A stretch of DNA of 63,532 nucleotides, counting the filler, from Asterionella formosa (lineage: Eukaryota): the NCBI GenBank assembly GCA_002256025.1. It is 3 parts of 3 records of this genome, joined end to end, with 100 filler letters (N's around TTAATTAATTAA, not from the genome) between each part and the next. Parts side by side here need not be neighbours in the genome. Positions count along the whole stretch, not along the records: positions 1 to 30,736 come from NKIB01000816.1; 2 more parts are not named here. The stretch is one strand, 5' to 3'. Both the position numbers and the translations under genes were made by a program. Positions 14,484-23,873 of the stretch are shown piece after piece; the stretch's first letter is position 1; each line of letters begins with the position of its first letter. The notes under the pieces were generated by a model that searched no databases, was not told the DNA's origin, and saw only the letters and a program-made list of their open reading frames with translations.

Positions 14484-16175
14484 ATGAAGACATTGCCGCC
14501 CATGGTAATCAGCGCTTTCCTGATATGGATTGCACCCCTCAAAGTCCATGGATTTGTACCCTCCATCGTCAGCAATAAGTGCACGATGGACCATGTACCC
14601 CTTCGCATTCCAAGTCGGAAACAGGATGGTGTCACTGGTCGAAATGCACATTTGGGAATCCATGCGACAATAACTCAGAGCGAGGCTGAAGTAGGAGCAA
14701 TCCCCATTGGATCGATCACAATTGTCCTTCCTTCTGACAAGAACGCTGTTTCCAAATACGGATCCAAATCTCCAGTCGAGAACCCTTCCTATGTTGACGC
14801 TGCCGTTCACTTGGCCAACAAGTTGGGTTGGTTTTCCGATGGCACTCTGAAAGTTAATGTAATGCATGCCAACGAAATATCAGGCAACGATCAATTAGTA
14901 CTTAAAGCGGATGCATTGATTGCCATGGGATTGTCAACCAAAGAAGACCTCAACAGTATCAAAAGCGTCTTTGAGGAACGACGACATTCTAACAACCTGA
15001 AGCAATGTCAATTCGCTCTAGATTGTGCAGAAAAGGTACCATCCATTGTGGGACCCTACGATGAAGTGGAACCTTCCCTTGCCTGCACCATCCTCCCATG
15101 GACACAAGACGCAACAGGATGTCGTATGCATGAACAAATGATGGAGCTCTTTGATCGATGGACGACAGATGACTTTGCTGTTGCACTATTGGTCTTTTTC
15201 GATCAATTCATTGCCGAAATACCCTGGGTTAAGCACTCTATTGATGCCACATGGGAAATGGGACCTATCCGAAATGCCCAAGAACTGTATAGTATGGTGT
15301 CCAAGTGCGGCAACTGCATTAGAAAATGCTTAAACGACGATGACTGCAAGAAATGCATCAAAGCATTAAATGCGGTCGATACAAGAGATCAAGTAGCATC
15401 CTATCGCACAATTGTGTCATATGAGTCGGAGCTTCTCAAGGACTTCAGCTATTGCATTCTATCCAAGAACAACATATTTGGATGCAGTGCGGATATCCCC
15501 CGACTCCCAAAGGTAGTTCCCATTTCTAGCTGGAGAGGCGAACCGTTGACGACAGAGACAGCGCAAGGTCTTCTTGTCGGTCACCTGGATGACAATGCTG
15601 CTCCTGAGGGGTCCCTGAGGTCAGACATCTCCTGGAAGGTTGCTGCTGGTGCCAACGTGGCCTACGATCAATTCCCCTCTCAAAATCAAATATTTTATCC
15701 CTCGTCCAATGGTCGTGACATGTGGTATGATCCAGTATTTCGAGTAGAGACAATTGATGGACGGAATGTTTGGTGCAAACGTCACTACAAGGTCCGGAAT
15801 GGTCCTATCCCTGGAACATTTCATTTCAGTGTATTGGACAATGGTGTCACATCCAAGGAATTTTGGTCCATTGTTGGTGTTGCAGACGATCTATCATGGA
15901 TTGTCTTTCATTACGCTGGTGCAGCGGCTGCTGTGGGCCAACGATATCTTGGTGGGTTGGTCTGCACCCCGGATGGTGCACTGCCACCAAAGACTCTGGA
16001 AATTTGGGACGCTTTAAAATCAGCAGGAATTCAACCGTGGGAGCTCTTTTGTGTTGACAATGATGTGAATTCACCAGGAGCTTTGGCCGCAGGTCCACCT
16101 CCACTCACTTTTTTTCGTAAGGACGTCCAAGAAGTGAAGCTGACAAAGCAGAGGGAGGAGGTAAAAATTGTGTAA
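14484..16175 (+). CDS. VDR: Violaxanthin de-epoxidase-related protein, plastid-targeted
   Basis: Signal peptide ending VHG-FVP, Cys-rich CGNCIRKCLNDDDCKKC..DQVASYRTIVSYES block, and lipocalin-like WKVAAGANVAYDQFPSQNQIFY typical of VDR. Confidence 0.88.
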   Translation: MKTLPPMVISAFLIWIAPLKVHGFVPSIVSNKCTMDHVPLRIPSRKQDGVTGRNAHLGIHATITQSEAEVGAIPIGSITIVLPSDKNAVSKYGSKSPVENPSYVDAAVHLANKLGWFSDGTLKVNVMHANEISGNDQLVLKADALIAMGLSTKEDLNSIKSVFEERRHSNNLKQCQFALDCAEKVPSIVGPYDEVEPSLACTILPWTQDATGCRMHEQMMELFDRWTTDDFAVALLVFFDQFIAEIPWVKHSIDATWEMGPIRNAQELYSMVSKCGNCIRKCLNDDDCKKCIKALNAVDTRDQVASYRTIVSYESELLKDFSYCILSKNNIFGCSADIPRLPKVVPISSWRGEPLTTETAQGLLVGHLDDNAAPEGSLRSDISWKVAAGANVAYDQFPSQNQIFYPSSNGRDMWYDPVFRVETIDGRNVWCKRHYKVRNGPIPGTFHFSVLDNGVTSKEFWSIVGVADDLSWIVFHYAGAAAAVGQRYLGGLVCTPDGALPPKTLEIWDALKSAGIQPWELFCVDNDVNSPGALAAGPPPLTFFRKDVQEVKLTKQREEVKIV

Positions 16176-17324
16176 TATGAGCTTGTTACATGTGTGTAGA
16201 GAAAAATGGTTTTGCTGGACTTTTCATGTTCATGGCAAACCAAAGATTCGTTTAGGTCTTCTAATTTAAATATTGGCTGCTATAGACTTGAATTTGTTAG
16301 GACGTTTCACAAGTTAAATATCGGTAGCTAATATAGACTTATATTTGTTGCGACTTTTCATAATGTGCTAGACAGCATATCCAATTTCTAATTTTAAAAA
16401 GGAACTTTTTGATTCGTGGGGTCATGAGTACAATTTCTTGTGCTGAGGGGTCAATAAATGCAAATAATCTACCTAGTGGCAGTGCTCTTACATTTTAGGG
16501 TACTCCAGAAGTCTACTACTCTATATACCGGTACTATAATTCACAAACCTCTATGTACATTTCAATATACCTCCCGGGAATAAACTAATAATATTTAACT
16601 GTAACTCCGGTAGAACAATCAAACAAATGACCTTTCGTCTACCGGTACGTACATCATCAACCATACATACTACATACCACATACTAATACACTCTGGTGT
16701 ACCGGTAGTACCTGGTACCAGGGTACACAAAAAATAATTGAGCTGTGCATGATCATCGCCACCGCTCTGGTCCTCGCGGCGCCTGCTCAACATTTCACTT
16801 CACCTTTTGAGACACCAGCTAAAAGCAATCACATTTCATTTTTTGTCATGCATCATCACATCCACTGCTACCAGGTACTCACTATACGGAGTACCCGGTA
16901 ATCTACATATATCTGCATACATAGGAAATACGGCAAATCATTACATACATACATCATAATGCTATTAAAAATGAGTTTGATGGGTGAGGAGGACCTGTCT
17001 CTGTTTCCTGCCATACTTTAAATCATATCTTCATTTCATATTTCATCATTCGACAGTATCAGGTAGTATCATAAAGAACGACCAAACAGAGATCCTATCA
17101 AGAGTGAAAAAAAGGAGTGCCTTGAAGTTAGCAAATTGGTTTTTTCATCACAATTTCTCTCTACATTACAAATCATACGGCTTCGTATTCTATCAGTCGT
17201 GGGATAATTCCCCAAGAGAAACCTGATTGATAATCCACAGTTTCGTATATAAGATGAGCACAAAAAGCAAAAGTTGCGTAGTAATACAATACCATACCTA
17301 AACTTCAAGACAGAGAGTTTCATA

Positions 17325-19829
17325 ATGTCACGCCCAATGGAAATCAAAACCTCTCCGGGGGAATGCATTCAACTTCGACTGGGAACTACTGGATTCAACT
17401 ATCTTTTCATTACCCACAGTGACAATGGAACCACGGTTACAGAAACCCAGTTATGGAGTGCAAACACTTTACCATTTGGCTTGTCTAGACAGCTTGACAG
17501 TATTGAAAGGAAAGGGAGACTAACAGAAGCTGTTGCATTTGGGTCCAACGAGGCATGGTATGTAAGTGGCAAATTTCCAAATGGATCGGGTCATCACAAG
17601 TGGTGGAGTGAAGGACAAAGTTACGGAGATTGGGGTGACTATATCAAGTCGAGTGATAACTTTCGTTTTATTTCATTCGGTCCTGATGAAACGTTTGTTG
17701 CGATAACTGGGAACAATGGATATAAAACTTCTGGTAACCTTCCTGGGGGTTTGATGCAAAGATTGGAGTGGGCGAGAAAGCATGGATTAAAGATTAACAA
17801 AATATCTTTGTTCCCCAATGGGGGCTCTTTCATTCGAGACAGCAATGATACCAAATGGGGTGGTTTGGGATCAACTAATCTCAATAAATGGCTTTACTCT
17901 GGCCGAGACAGTATCCTTGATGTCCAGATGTCCAGCGATGGATCATGGATAATAATCCGACCGACGAGATTTGAGGCAAGCAATGGCATATGTAAGGATC
18001 TTCTTAGACATCTTCGTGATTTCTATCGGGAAGAAAATTCACGTCGAATGCAGAGGGCAAGATTGATTGAAGAATTTGACCAGTTCCTGTTGGCACAAGA
18101 AATGGCCGTTCTAGAGCGGCTAAAGAAGAAGCTAAAACAAGAACAAATTAAAAAAGAAAAGGAGCGGAAACGAATGGAAGCTATGGAACAAGCCATTGCC
18201 AAGCGAAACAGAGAAGCTAGATTACTGACTGTTAGGGCGAAACAATTAAAGATTGGCGACCTAGTATCAATCATTGACTTCTCGGAGCAGGACGGTGATA
18301 GTGTTGTGAAATCTATTCGAGACGATGGAGTAATCATTGCTGCCAGAGTCAAGAATGCACTGAATACAATCACAATTGATGATCCTAAGCGACTTGTCAT
18401 TCATCAGCCAGCGTCAGTTGACTTTTTCAACATTCTCGTTTTCAGCCAAGCAACTGACAAATATGAAGCGGCCGTTTCCCTTTTCCTTTGCCAGTGCGTA
18501 CAGAATACCTGCATGTGCAAAAAAATTGGAAGTCTTTCGTTCAACAATCGAAATTTTGGAGCATCAATGTTGAACGGGATTTCATCATTGGATTCTGGAT
18601 TCACGTCACAAAATAACTCGGGATATAAGCATCCTATGGCTTCCATACTGGGAAACCATTCACATAACTCGTTTCTCCAATCGCCATCAGCATTTGTAAA
18701 ATATCTACCGGTAAGAGAGGAAATGCAAGGTATTCAACCTTTTGACGAATATAGGTGCACTGAAAAAATTGACATGACAGGTCTTGAAAATGTGCTCCGT
18801 GATCTAACCTCGGACGCTCAAAGAAGGAATCAAGTAATTGTTGGGTTGTCGAATGCAACAACCACTCAAGAGAAAGAATGTTTGAAGAAACTGCAGCGAT
18901 GTCATGAAATGGGCCTTGTGGCAGAAGCCTTGTTTGGCATGCTTAAGGAATACCCAAGAGATAAGAATGGTTGTGTTGTCTATGAAGTTGAATACCAGCA
19001 CAAGGATGCTTCTAGTCGTGGACGTCTGTTCGCCGTGGGAAATCAGGTCAAGGTTTCTGAGGAGAAGTATCCCCGAACCACAACCCTTCAGGGTATGCAC
19101 AGTGACCTACGTAATCCCCTCGTTGGAAGCTTTGCCCATGACATTGACTGCGAGAACAGTGAAGTGCGGCTCTTATGTAGTATAGCTGCACAACTAAACT
19201 TATCTGAGCTGGTTCCAAAGTTACAGGACTACCGAGATAATAGAAGAACATGGCTGCAACGCATTTCGAAGCTTCATGATTTGAAAATGGATGATGCGAA
19301 GAGATTGCCGAATATCATCATCAATGGTGGAACGTACGATACTTGGCTGAAGCTCTTCAATAGAAAGAAACCTCTTAGGACCGAGGGTGAGTCTAGGGAA
19401 GTGAGCAAATTTCTCCTTGGACTTACCTATGAAGTTCGAGCACTTCGGGATGAGCTTCTCCAACACCCTCGCTTTCGCTGGACATCAGTGGACCGAGAGA
19501 AGCTACTGGAAAATGGAAAACGAGGTGGTCAAATTGAAATTGCACTTGTCCCTCGAATCATTCAGTATTGCGAGAATGAAGTACTCAGCATCATTCATCG
19601 TTACTTTTTTAAACAAGGATGGCGTGTTCGTGCCAAAGTGTTTGATGGTTTGATTGTGGAACCAGGTATTGGATTATCTGGACAATTGAACGAACTGATT
19701 CTGGGGGCGCAGCAAAAGTGTCTGGAAAATGGTTGGGAAGTCTATTTGGTTGAGAAACCGTTGCATGGGCTGCAAAATGCACCACTGGCATCAATTGTGG
19801 ACGCCCGCAAAGCTATGAGATTGATTTGA
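17325..19829 (+). CDS. Multidomain protein: N-terminal repeats + coiled coil + C-terminal family-A (TV-Pol-like) nucleic acid polymerase domain
   Basis: Intronless ORF, first ATG at 17325. Motifs SRGRLF, TLQGM..LR, HDIDCENSEVRLL (motif A), AKRLPNIIINGG (motif B), IIQYCE, KVFDGLIV (motif C). Confidence 0.8.
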   Translation: MSRPMEIKTSPGECIQLRLGTTGFNYLFITHSDNGTTVTETQLWSANTLPFGLSRQLDSIERKGRLTEAVAFGSNEAWYVSGKFPNGSGHHKWWSEGQSYGDWGDYIKSSDNFRFISFGPDETFVAITGNNGYKTSGNLPGGLMQRLEWARKHGLKINKISLFPNGGSFIRDSNDTKWGGLGSTNLNKWLYSGRDSILDVQMSSDGSWIIIRPTRFEASNGICKDLLRHLRDFYREENSRRMQRARLIEEFDQFLLAQEMAVLERLKKKLKQEQIKKEKERKRMEAMEQAIAKRNREARLLTVRAKQLKIGDLVSIIDFSEQDGDSVVKSIRDDGVIIAARVKNALNTITIDDPKRLVIHQPASVDFFNILVFSQATDKYEAAVSLFLCQCVQNTCMCKKIGSLSFNNRNFGASMLNGISSLDSGFTSQNNSGYKHPMASILGNHSHNSFLQSPSAFVKYLPVREEMQGIQPFDEYRCTEKIDMTGLENVLRDLTSDAQRRNQVIVGLSNATTTQEKECLKKLQRCHEMGLVAEALFGMLKEYPRDKNGCVVYEVEYQHKDASSRGRLFAVGNQVKVSEEKYPRTTTLQGMHSDLRNPLVGSFAHDIDCENSEVRLLCSIAAQLNLSELVPKLQDYRDNRRTWLQRISKLHDLKMDDAKRLPNIIINGGTYDTWLKLFNRKKPLRTEGESREVSKFLLGLTYEVRALRDELLQHPRFRWTSVDREKLLENGKRGGQIEIALVPRIIQYCENEVLSIIHRYFFKQGWRVRAKVFDGLIVEPGIGLSGQLNELILGAQQKCLENGWEVYLVEKPLHGLQNAPLASIVDARKAMRLI

Positions 19830-20018
19830 AAGTTCCTCTCGTGAAACCGAGGGGTCAAGACAGAATGTCACTGTCACAAGACAGGACTAGATGTAATTCA
19901 TTGCAAAACCTAATCATCTTCTCTGGAGGACGTCCAACTGATAGTGACGGAGTTACATGTGCATTACGAAACGAGCAATGACTAACAACTCCAAACACTT
20001 AGAATTAGCTTGGTGTTA

Positions 20019-22223
20019 TTACCATTTTAATTTCTCTAGTTCAACTTGAATGAGCTCCTTCTTTTCGTCGGCACCAAGGTCATTCCATCGATCACCGGCT
20101 ATCTTTTTCGCCTTGATCATGGCCATGGGTATTAATTTCTTGTCGGTAGAGGAATTTGAAGTTTTGGCCACTTTGGCAGGAGGTGGCAATGCTTCTTCTT
20201 CCTCCTCCTCAGGTTCGTCATCTTCTTCCAGTATCATTGTAGATTCTCGAACCTTTCGAAACTTCAAAGCACAGTAGAGTCTACTGACTTCCCAATTGTC
20301 AGGTGGAATACTGCCATTTCGATCCAGCACCTTCATATTGTACAATGCACGATGCGCAGCAGGCGATTTGCTAGGATCTTTACGATTCGCGAAGAATTCG
20401 TGAAAGTTTTCTGCTGATTCTAGCTCGAGGCCTGCCTCGGCAGCAAGTGACATCAACACAGGAATTGGATTGAGCCATTCTGGAAGATTAACTGCATCAC
20501 CTACACCGGCACCATGATCTGACCCTTCGACTAGAGTAAAAGTGTACTCTAGGCCAAAGAATTTTTCTCCGTTAAACTTTCCTTTGGATTCTCCAACAAC
20601 CGCATCAAAAATCTGTTTTGTCTTTTTTGGTGTAAATTGAATGCGACATGCGCCACCACCGACCATAACCAGTGCTCCTTCATCCTTCTGCTCATCATAA
20701 TGATGAAGGTCTAATCCCAAATCCATTACTTTCTCTAACACAATCCTTGCGTCAATTGTTGTTGCGATCAAATTCCCTCCCACTTCCAATAATTCACTTA
20801 CTGTCTGAAAGAACCGTCTTGCCCGATCCCGAGATGAAAACATGTAATGAATTGCAAATTGAATTGATACAATATCAAACTTATCATTTTGTGCAATGCC
20901 ACCACCCCGTACCATCCGAAAGTCAGGTTCTTCAGTTGCTTGTTCCGGTTCGTCCTGTAACGACCAACTCATTAATTTTTGCATCTGTTTTGATGTTTTA
21001 GTTCGCAGTCGTCCAGGCACATCTGACCCTAAATCTGCCACAGTAAAGGTTGCAAGATGTAATTTCTTTTTCATTTTTCTTGCTCGCAATGCTGCATCTC
21101 GTAATGACCCCCGTGCAACATCAACCCCAACATAATTCCGTATCCCCCGTGAGTGCAACACCCATTTGCCCAGGTCTCCACCCTTTCCACATGCCAAGTC
21201 CAAGACCCGTAATCCACCCCCGCCTGTCTTTGGGTCCAATTCTTGAATCTGAGTGGCCTTGACCCATCCATTGAATGCTCTCATATGAAATAATCGTGAT
21301 TCCGAACGAGTATCCAAGGACCGCGTCAGACCAGAATAAAAGGCATCAGCAGCGGCAGCACCAGAATCTTGATGAAAGTTCGCTGTAGTGGTGGGAGCCT
21401 TTCGTTTGCTGGTGTTGTCATCTACTTCATCATGAGGTTGCCAATTGCCAAATCCATTGGTGTCTTCCACATCATTTGTAGGTGGTTGCCACATGTCTCC
21501 ACCATTATCATCAGGCGTTGGTGGTTTCCATAAGTTGTCGTTTCCCTGAGCGGGTGAGTGGTTATCATCGTCATTAGCACTAGTGCTGTCAAACGGTGTT
21601 GTGGTTGGATTCCATTCCACTTCCTCCTCTGCTGGCGGCGGAGTCGTTGGCTCCCACTTTTGCTCCTCATCAATAGTATCCTTCGTTTTGAGATGTTCCA
21701 ACACATGCTTATACTTGCCCACATAACATGTCGCGCAATAACTTAATTTGTCATTTTCTTGTCCACTTCCTTCACTAACTAATATTCCGAATCGTTCATG
21801 TTTGTCCATACCTAAAATGGCCACTAATCCTTCATGATGCAATTGTCCCAAAAGTTTAACAAATCGAGGACTGTTGATTTTGTGTTTCTCATCAAGTTGC
21901 AGTACGTGATGTGTGCTATCCCCCCGTCGGACTGCCAAGGTACAGGGTCTGGCTAGCCGCACAAGTGATTGTACTTGGCTTGGTGGACATACTGCCACAA
22001 TGTACAGTGCTCGACTTAGGGGTGGATCGGGTGCATCCGGATATGAAAATAAGAAACAAATGGAATGCTGATTGGATGACATGGGTTGCTGTAGCTTCTC
22101 AACTAGCAGAGCAGAGGATGTCACATGATAGGGAGAATTGGAAAGTGATCCCCCACTTGTGGGAAAGTCTCGAGGGACCACGAGATCGTGCTTTTGAGAG
22201 GGAGGCTCCGTGGGGTAGGGCAT
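20019..22223 (-). CDS. RNMT: mRNA cap guanine-N7 methyltransferase with long N-terminal extension
   Basis: RSESRLFHMRAFNGWVK, VLDLACGKGGDLGKW, FDIVSIQFAIHYMF, FGLEYTFTL and AVNLPEWL are Abd1/RNMT hallmarks. Confidence 0.93.
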   Translation of the reverse strand: MPYPTEPPSQKHDLVVPRDFPTSGGSLSNSPYHVTSSALLVEKLQQPMSSNQHSICFLFSYPDAPDPPLSRALYIVAVCPPSQVQSLVRLARPCTLAVRRGDSTHHVLQLDEKHKINSPRFVKLLGQLHHEGLVAILGMDKHERFGILVSEGSGQENDKLSYCATCYVGKYKHVLEHLKTKDTIDEEQKWEPTTPPPAEEEVEWNPTTTPFDSTSANDDDNHSPAQGNDNLWKPPTPDDNGGDMWQPPTNDVEDTNGFGNWQPHDEVDDNTSKRKAPTTTANFHQDSGAAAADAFYSGLTRSLDTRSESRLFHMRAFNGWVKATQIQELDPKTGGGGLRVLDLACGKGGDLGKWVLHSRGIRNYVGVDVARGSLRDAALRARKMKKKLHLATFTVADLGSDVPGRLRTKTSKQMQKLMSWSLQDEPEQATEEPDFRMVRGGGIAQNDKFDIVSIQFAIHYMFSSRDRARRFFQTVSELLEVGGNLIATTIDARIVLEKVMDLGLDLHHYDEQKDEGALVMVGGGACRIQFTPKKTKQIFDAVVGESKGKFNGEKFFGLEYTFTLVEGSDHGAGVGDAVNLPEWLNPIPVLMSLAAEAGLELESAENFHEFFANRKDPSKSPAAHRALYNMKVLDRNGSIPPDNWEVSRLYCALKFRKVRESTMILEEDDEPEEEEEEALPPPAKVAKTSNSSTDKKLIPMAMIKAKKIAGDRWNDLGADEKKELIQVELEKLKW

Positions 22224-22687
22224 ATTGCGGTTACCAGTAGTTGTAGATTAGTCCAACACAACTGCAATGGCAGAGCGTAAATACTGAAAGCAGTAATATC
22301 TAATAATATAAAATGATTTGGGAAGAAAAACGATTTATGACGGCGAGAGACAGGATGCCGAACAAGGAGGAGGAATCCATTCGAGAAAAATAAATACCGG
22401 TACGAAAGAAAAAGGCAAACAAAATGCCGACTAAAAGTACACAATAGCTAGTAATGGTACTGCATACATCATTTATATAGAAAGGAAAAAATCAATTCTT
22501 TTATCATTTTTGCTTTTATTTGCAATCCGTGAGGATTATGAAACAAATTAGAATGGCATCCTGCTTATTTCCCATCGACACATTACATCAGTCTAATCTC
22601 TCCTTGAATCCACGATTTTTGTTAAGAAATATAAATCAAATTCATAACAGAACTGCTGCCTCGTCCTCTCATTTAATTCGACTATCA

Positions 22688-23873
22688 ATGGCTTGGTTCA
22701 CAGCAAAGAGATTCTGGGCATATGTAATAGCTTTCATATTGCTTGCTGTTTTCCTGGTCCAGTTCAACCCTCTTTCACCCCGCAATGTAGACAACGCGCT
22801 TACTCCTGCTACTACCGGTAACATGACGGTTATTACTCGCACCAACGAATTCAACAAAGCTAAAGTAAATGGGAGTGGTAAAGTCAACACGGATGTTACT
22901 GTTGCACTCTTGCTCAAGAATGAGATCGCTCCTCGCCTTGAGCGCATAAGGAAGATATGCGGACAACTTTGCAAAGTTGATTCTGCAGCATCACTTGCTG
23001 CCCTCATTACTATCAAGAGGAGCGACAAGGAAACCTTGTTGCTATTGCCAGTGAGAGCGCACGTGGACTGTCCAGCAATCTTGACATCAGAAGACATTGA
23101 TGCAGGTGAAAAATCTGTTCCATATCCATTGCCGGAACAGCTTCATTCTTTGTATTCTTTGAATGGAGCAGTGGAAATCATTCATTGGAAGCGATGGACA
23201 GAAGGGTATTTAGGAAAAAATGCAATGGTTAGTAATTGGACAAAGGCATTAATTGAAAAAAACTGTACATGAACTGGAGAGAGGTGCACACCATGGAACC
23301 TATGGAATTGAACGCACCAACATAGTTGTCAATCATCTGAATGTTACTGGAAAGATTCTTGGTAGCCGCGTCCTGGTCATAGGCTCTGAAAAGCCTTGGC
23401 TAGAAGCCATCTGCCTACTTCTTGGAGCCAAGGAAGTTGTGACTTTAGAATATGGCAAAATTGTATCCAGTCACCCCAAGATCAAAACCTTGACTCCAGT
23501 TGAATTCCGAAAGGCATACTTGAGTGGGAAATTGGGACTCTTTGACACTGTTGCTTCATTTTCGTCTATTGAGCATTCAGGACTGGGTCGTTATGGAGAT
23601 GCATTGAACCCCTGGGGAGACTTGTTAGCAATTGCACGCAGTTGGTGTGTAACTAAACCTGGGGGAGCGCTTGTGTTAGGTTTACCAACAGGAATGGACA
23701 AAGTGGTTATGAATGCACATCGAATTTATGGTGCAGTTCGATGGCCCCTTGTTGCAGCAAACTGGATACAAGTAGACAGTGAGTTGCATAATGCAAGCGA
23801 GTTGTCTGATTCAACAGGTGACTATCACCTTCAACCGGTGTTTGTTTTTGAAAAGTTGGAGGGGATCAAATAA
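22688..23873 (+). pseudogene. DUF268-family (methyltransferase-like) type II membrane protein, split by a 1-nt frameshift (real pseudogene or sequencing error)
   Basis: N-terminal TM after MAWFTAK. Second ORF has VLVIGSEKPWLE, TLEYG and SFSSIEHSGLGRYGDALNPWGD. Removing one A from the A7 run at 23256-23262 gives continuous IEKTVHELERG. Confidence 0.8.

Noticed and set aside
16282..16362. Two ~30-bp imperfect direct repeats (atagactt..atttgtt..gac.tttca) as a CRISPR-like array
   Set aside because: Only two degenerate copies, eukaryotic context, no cas genes
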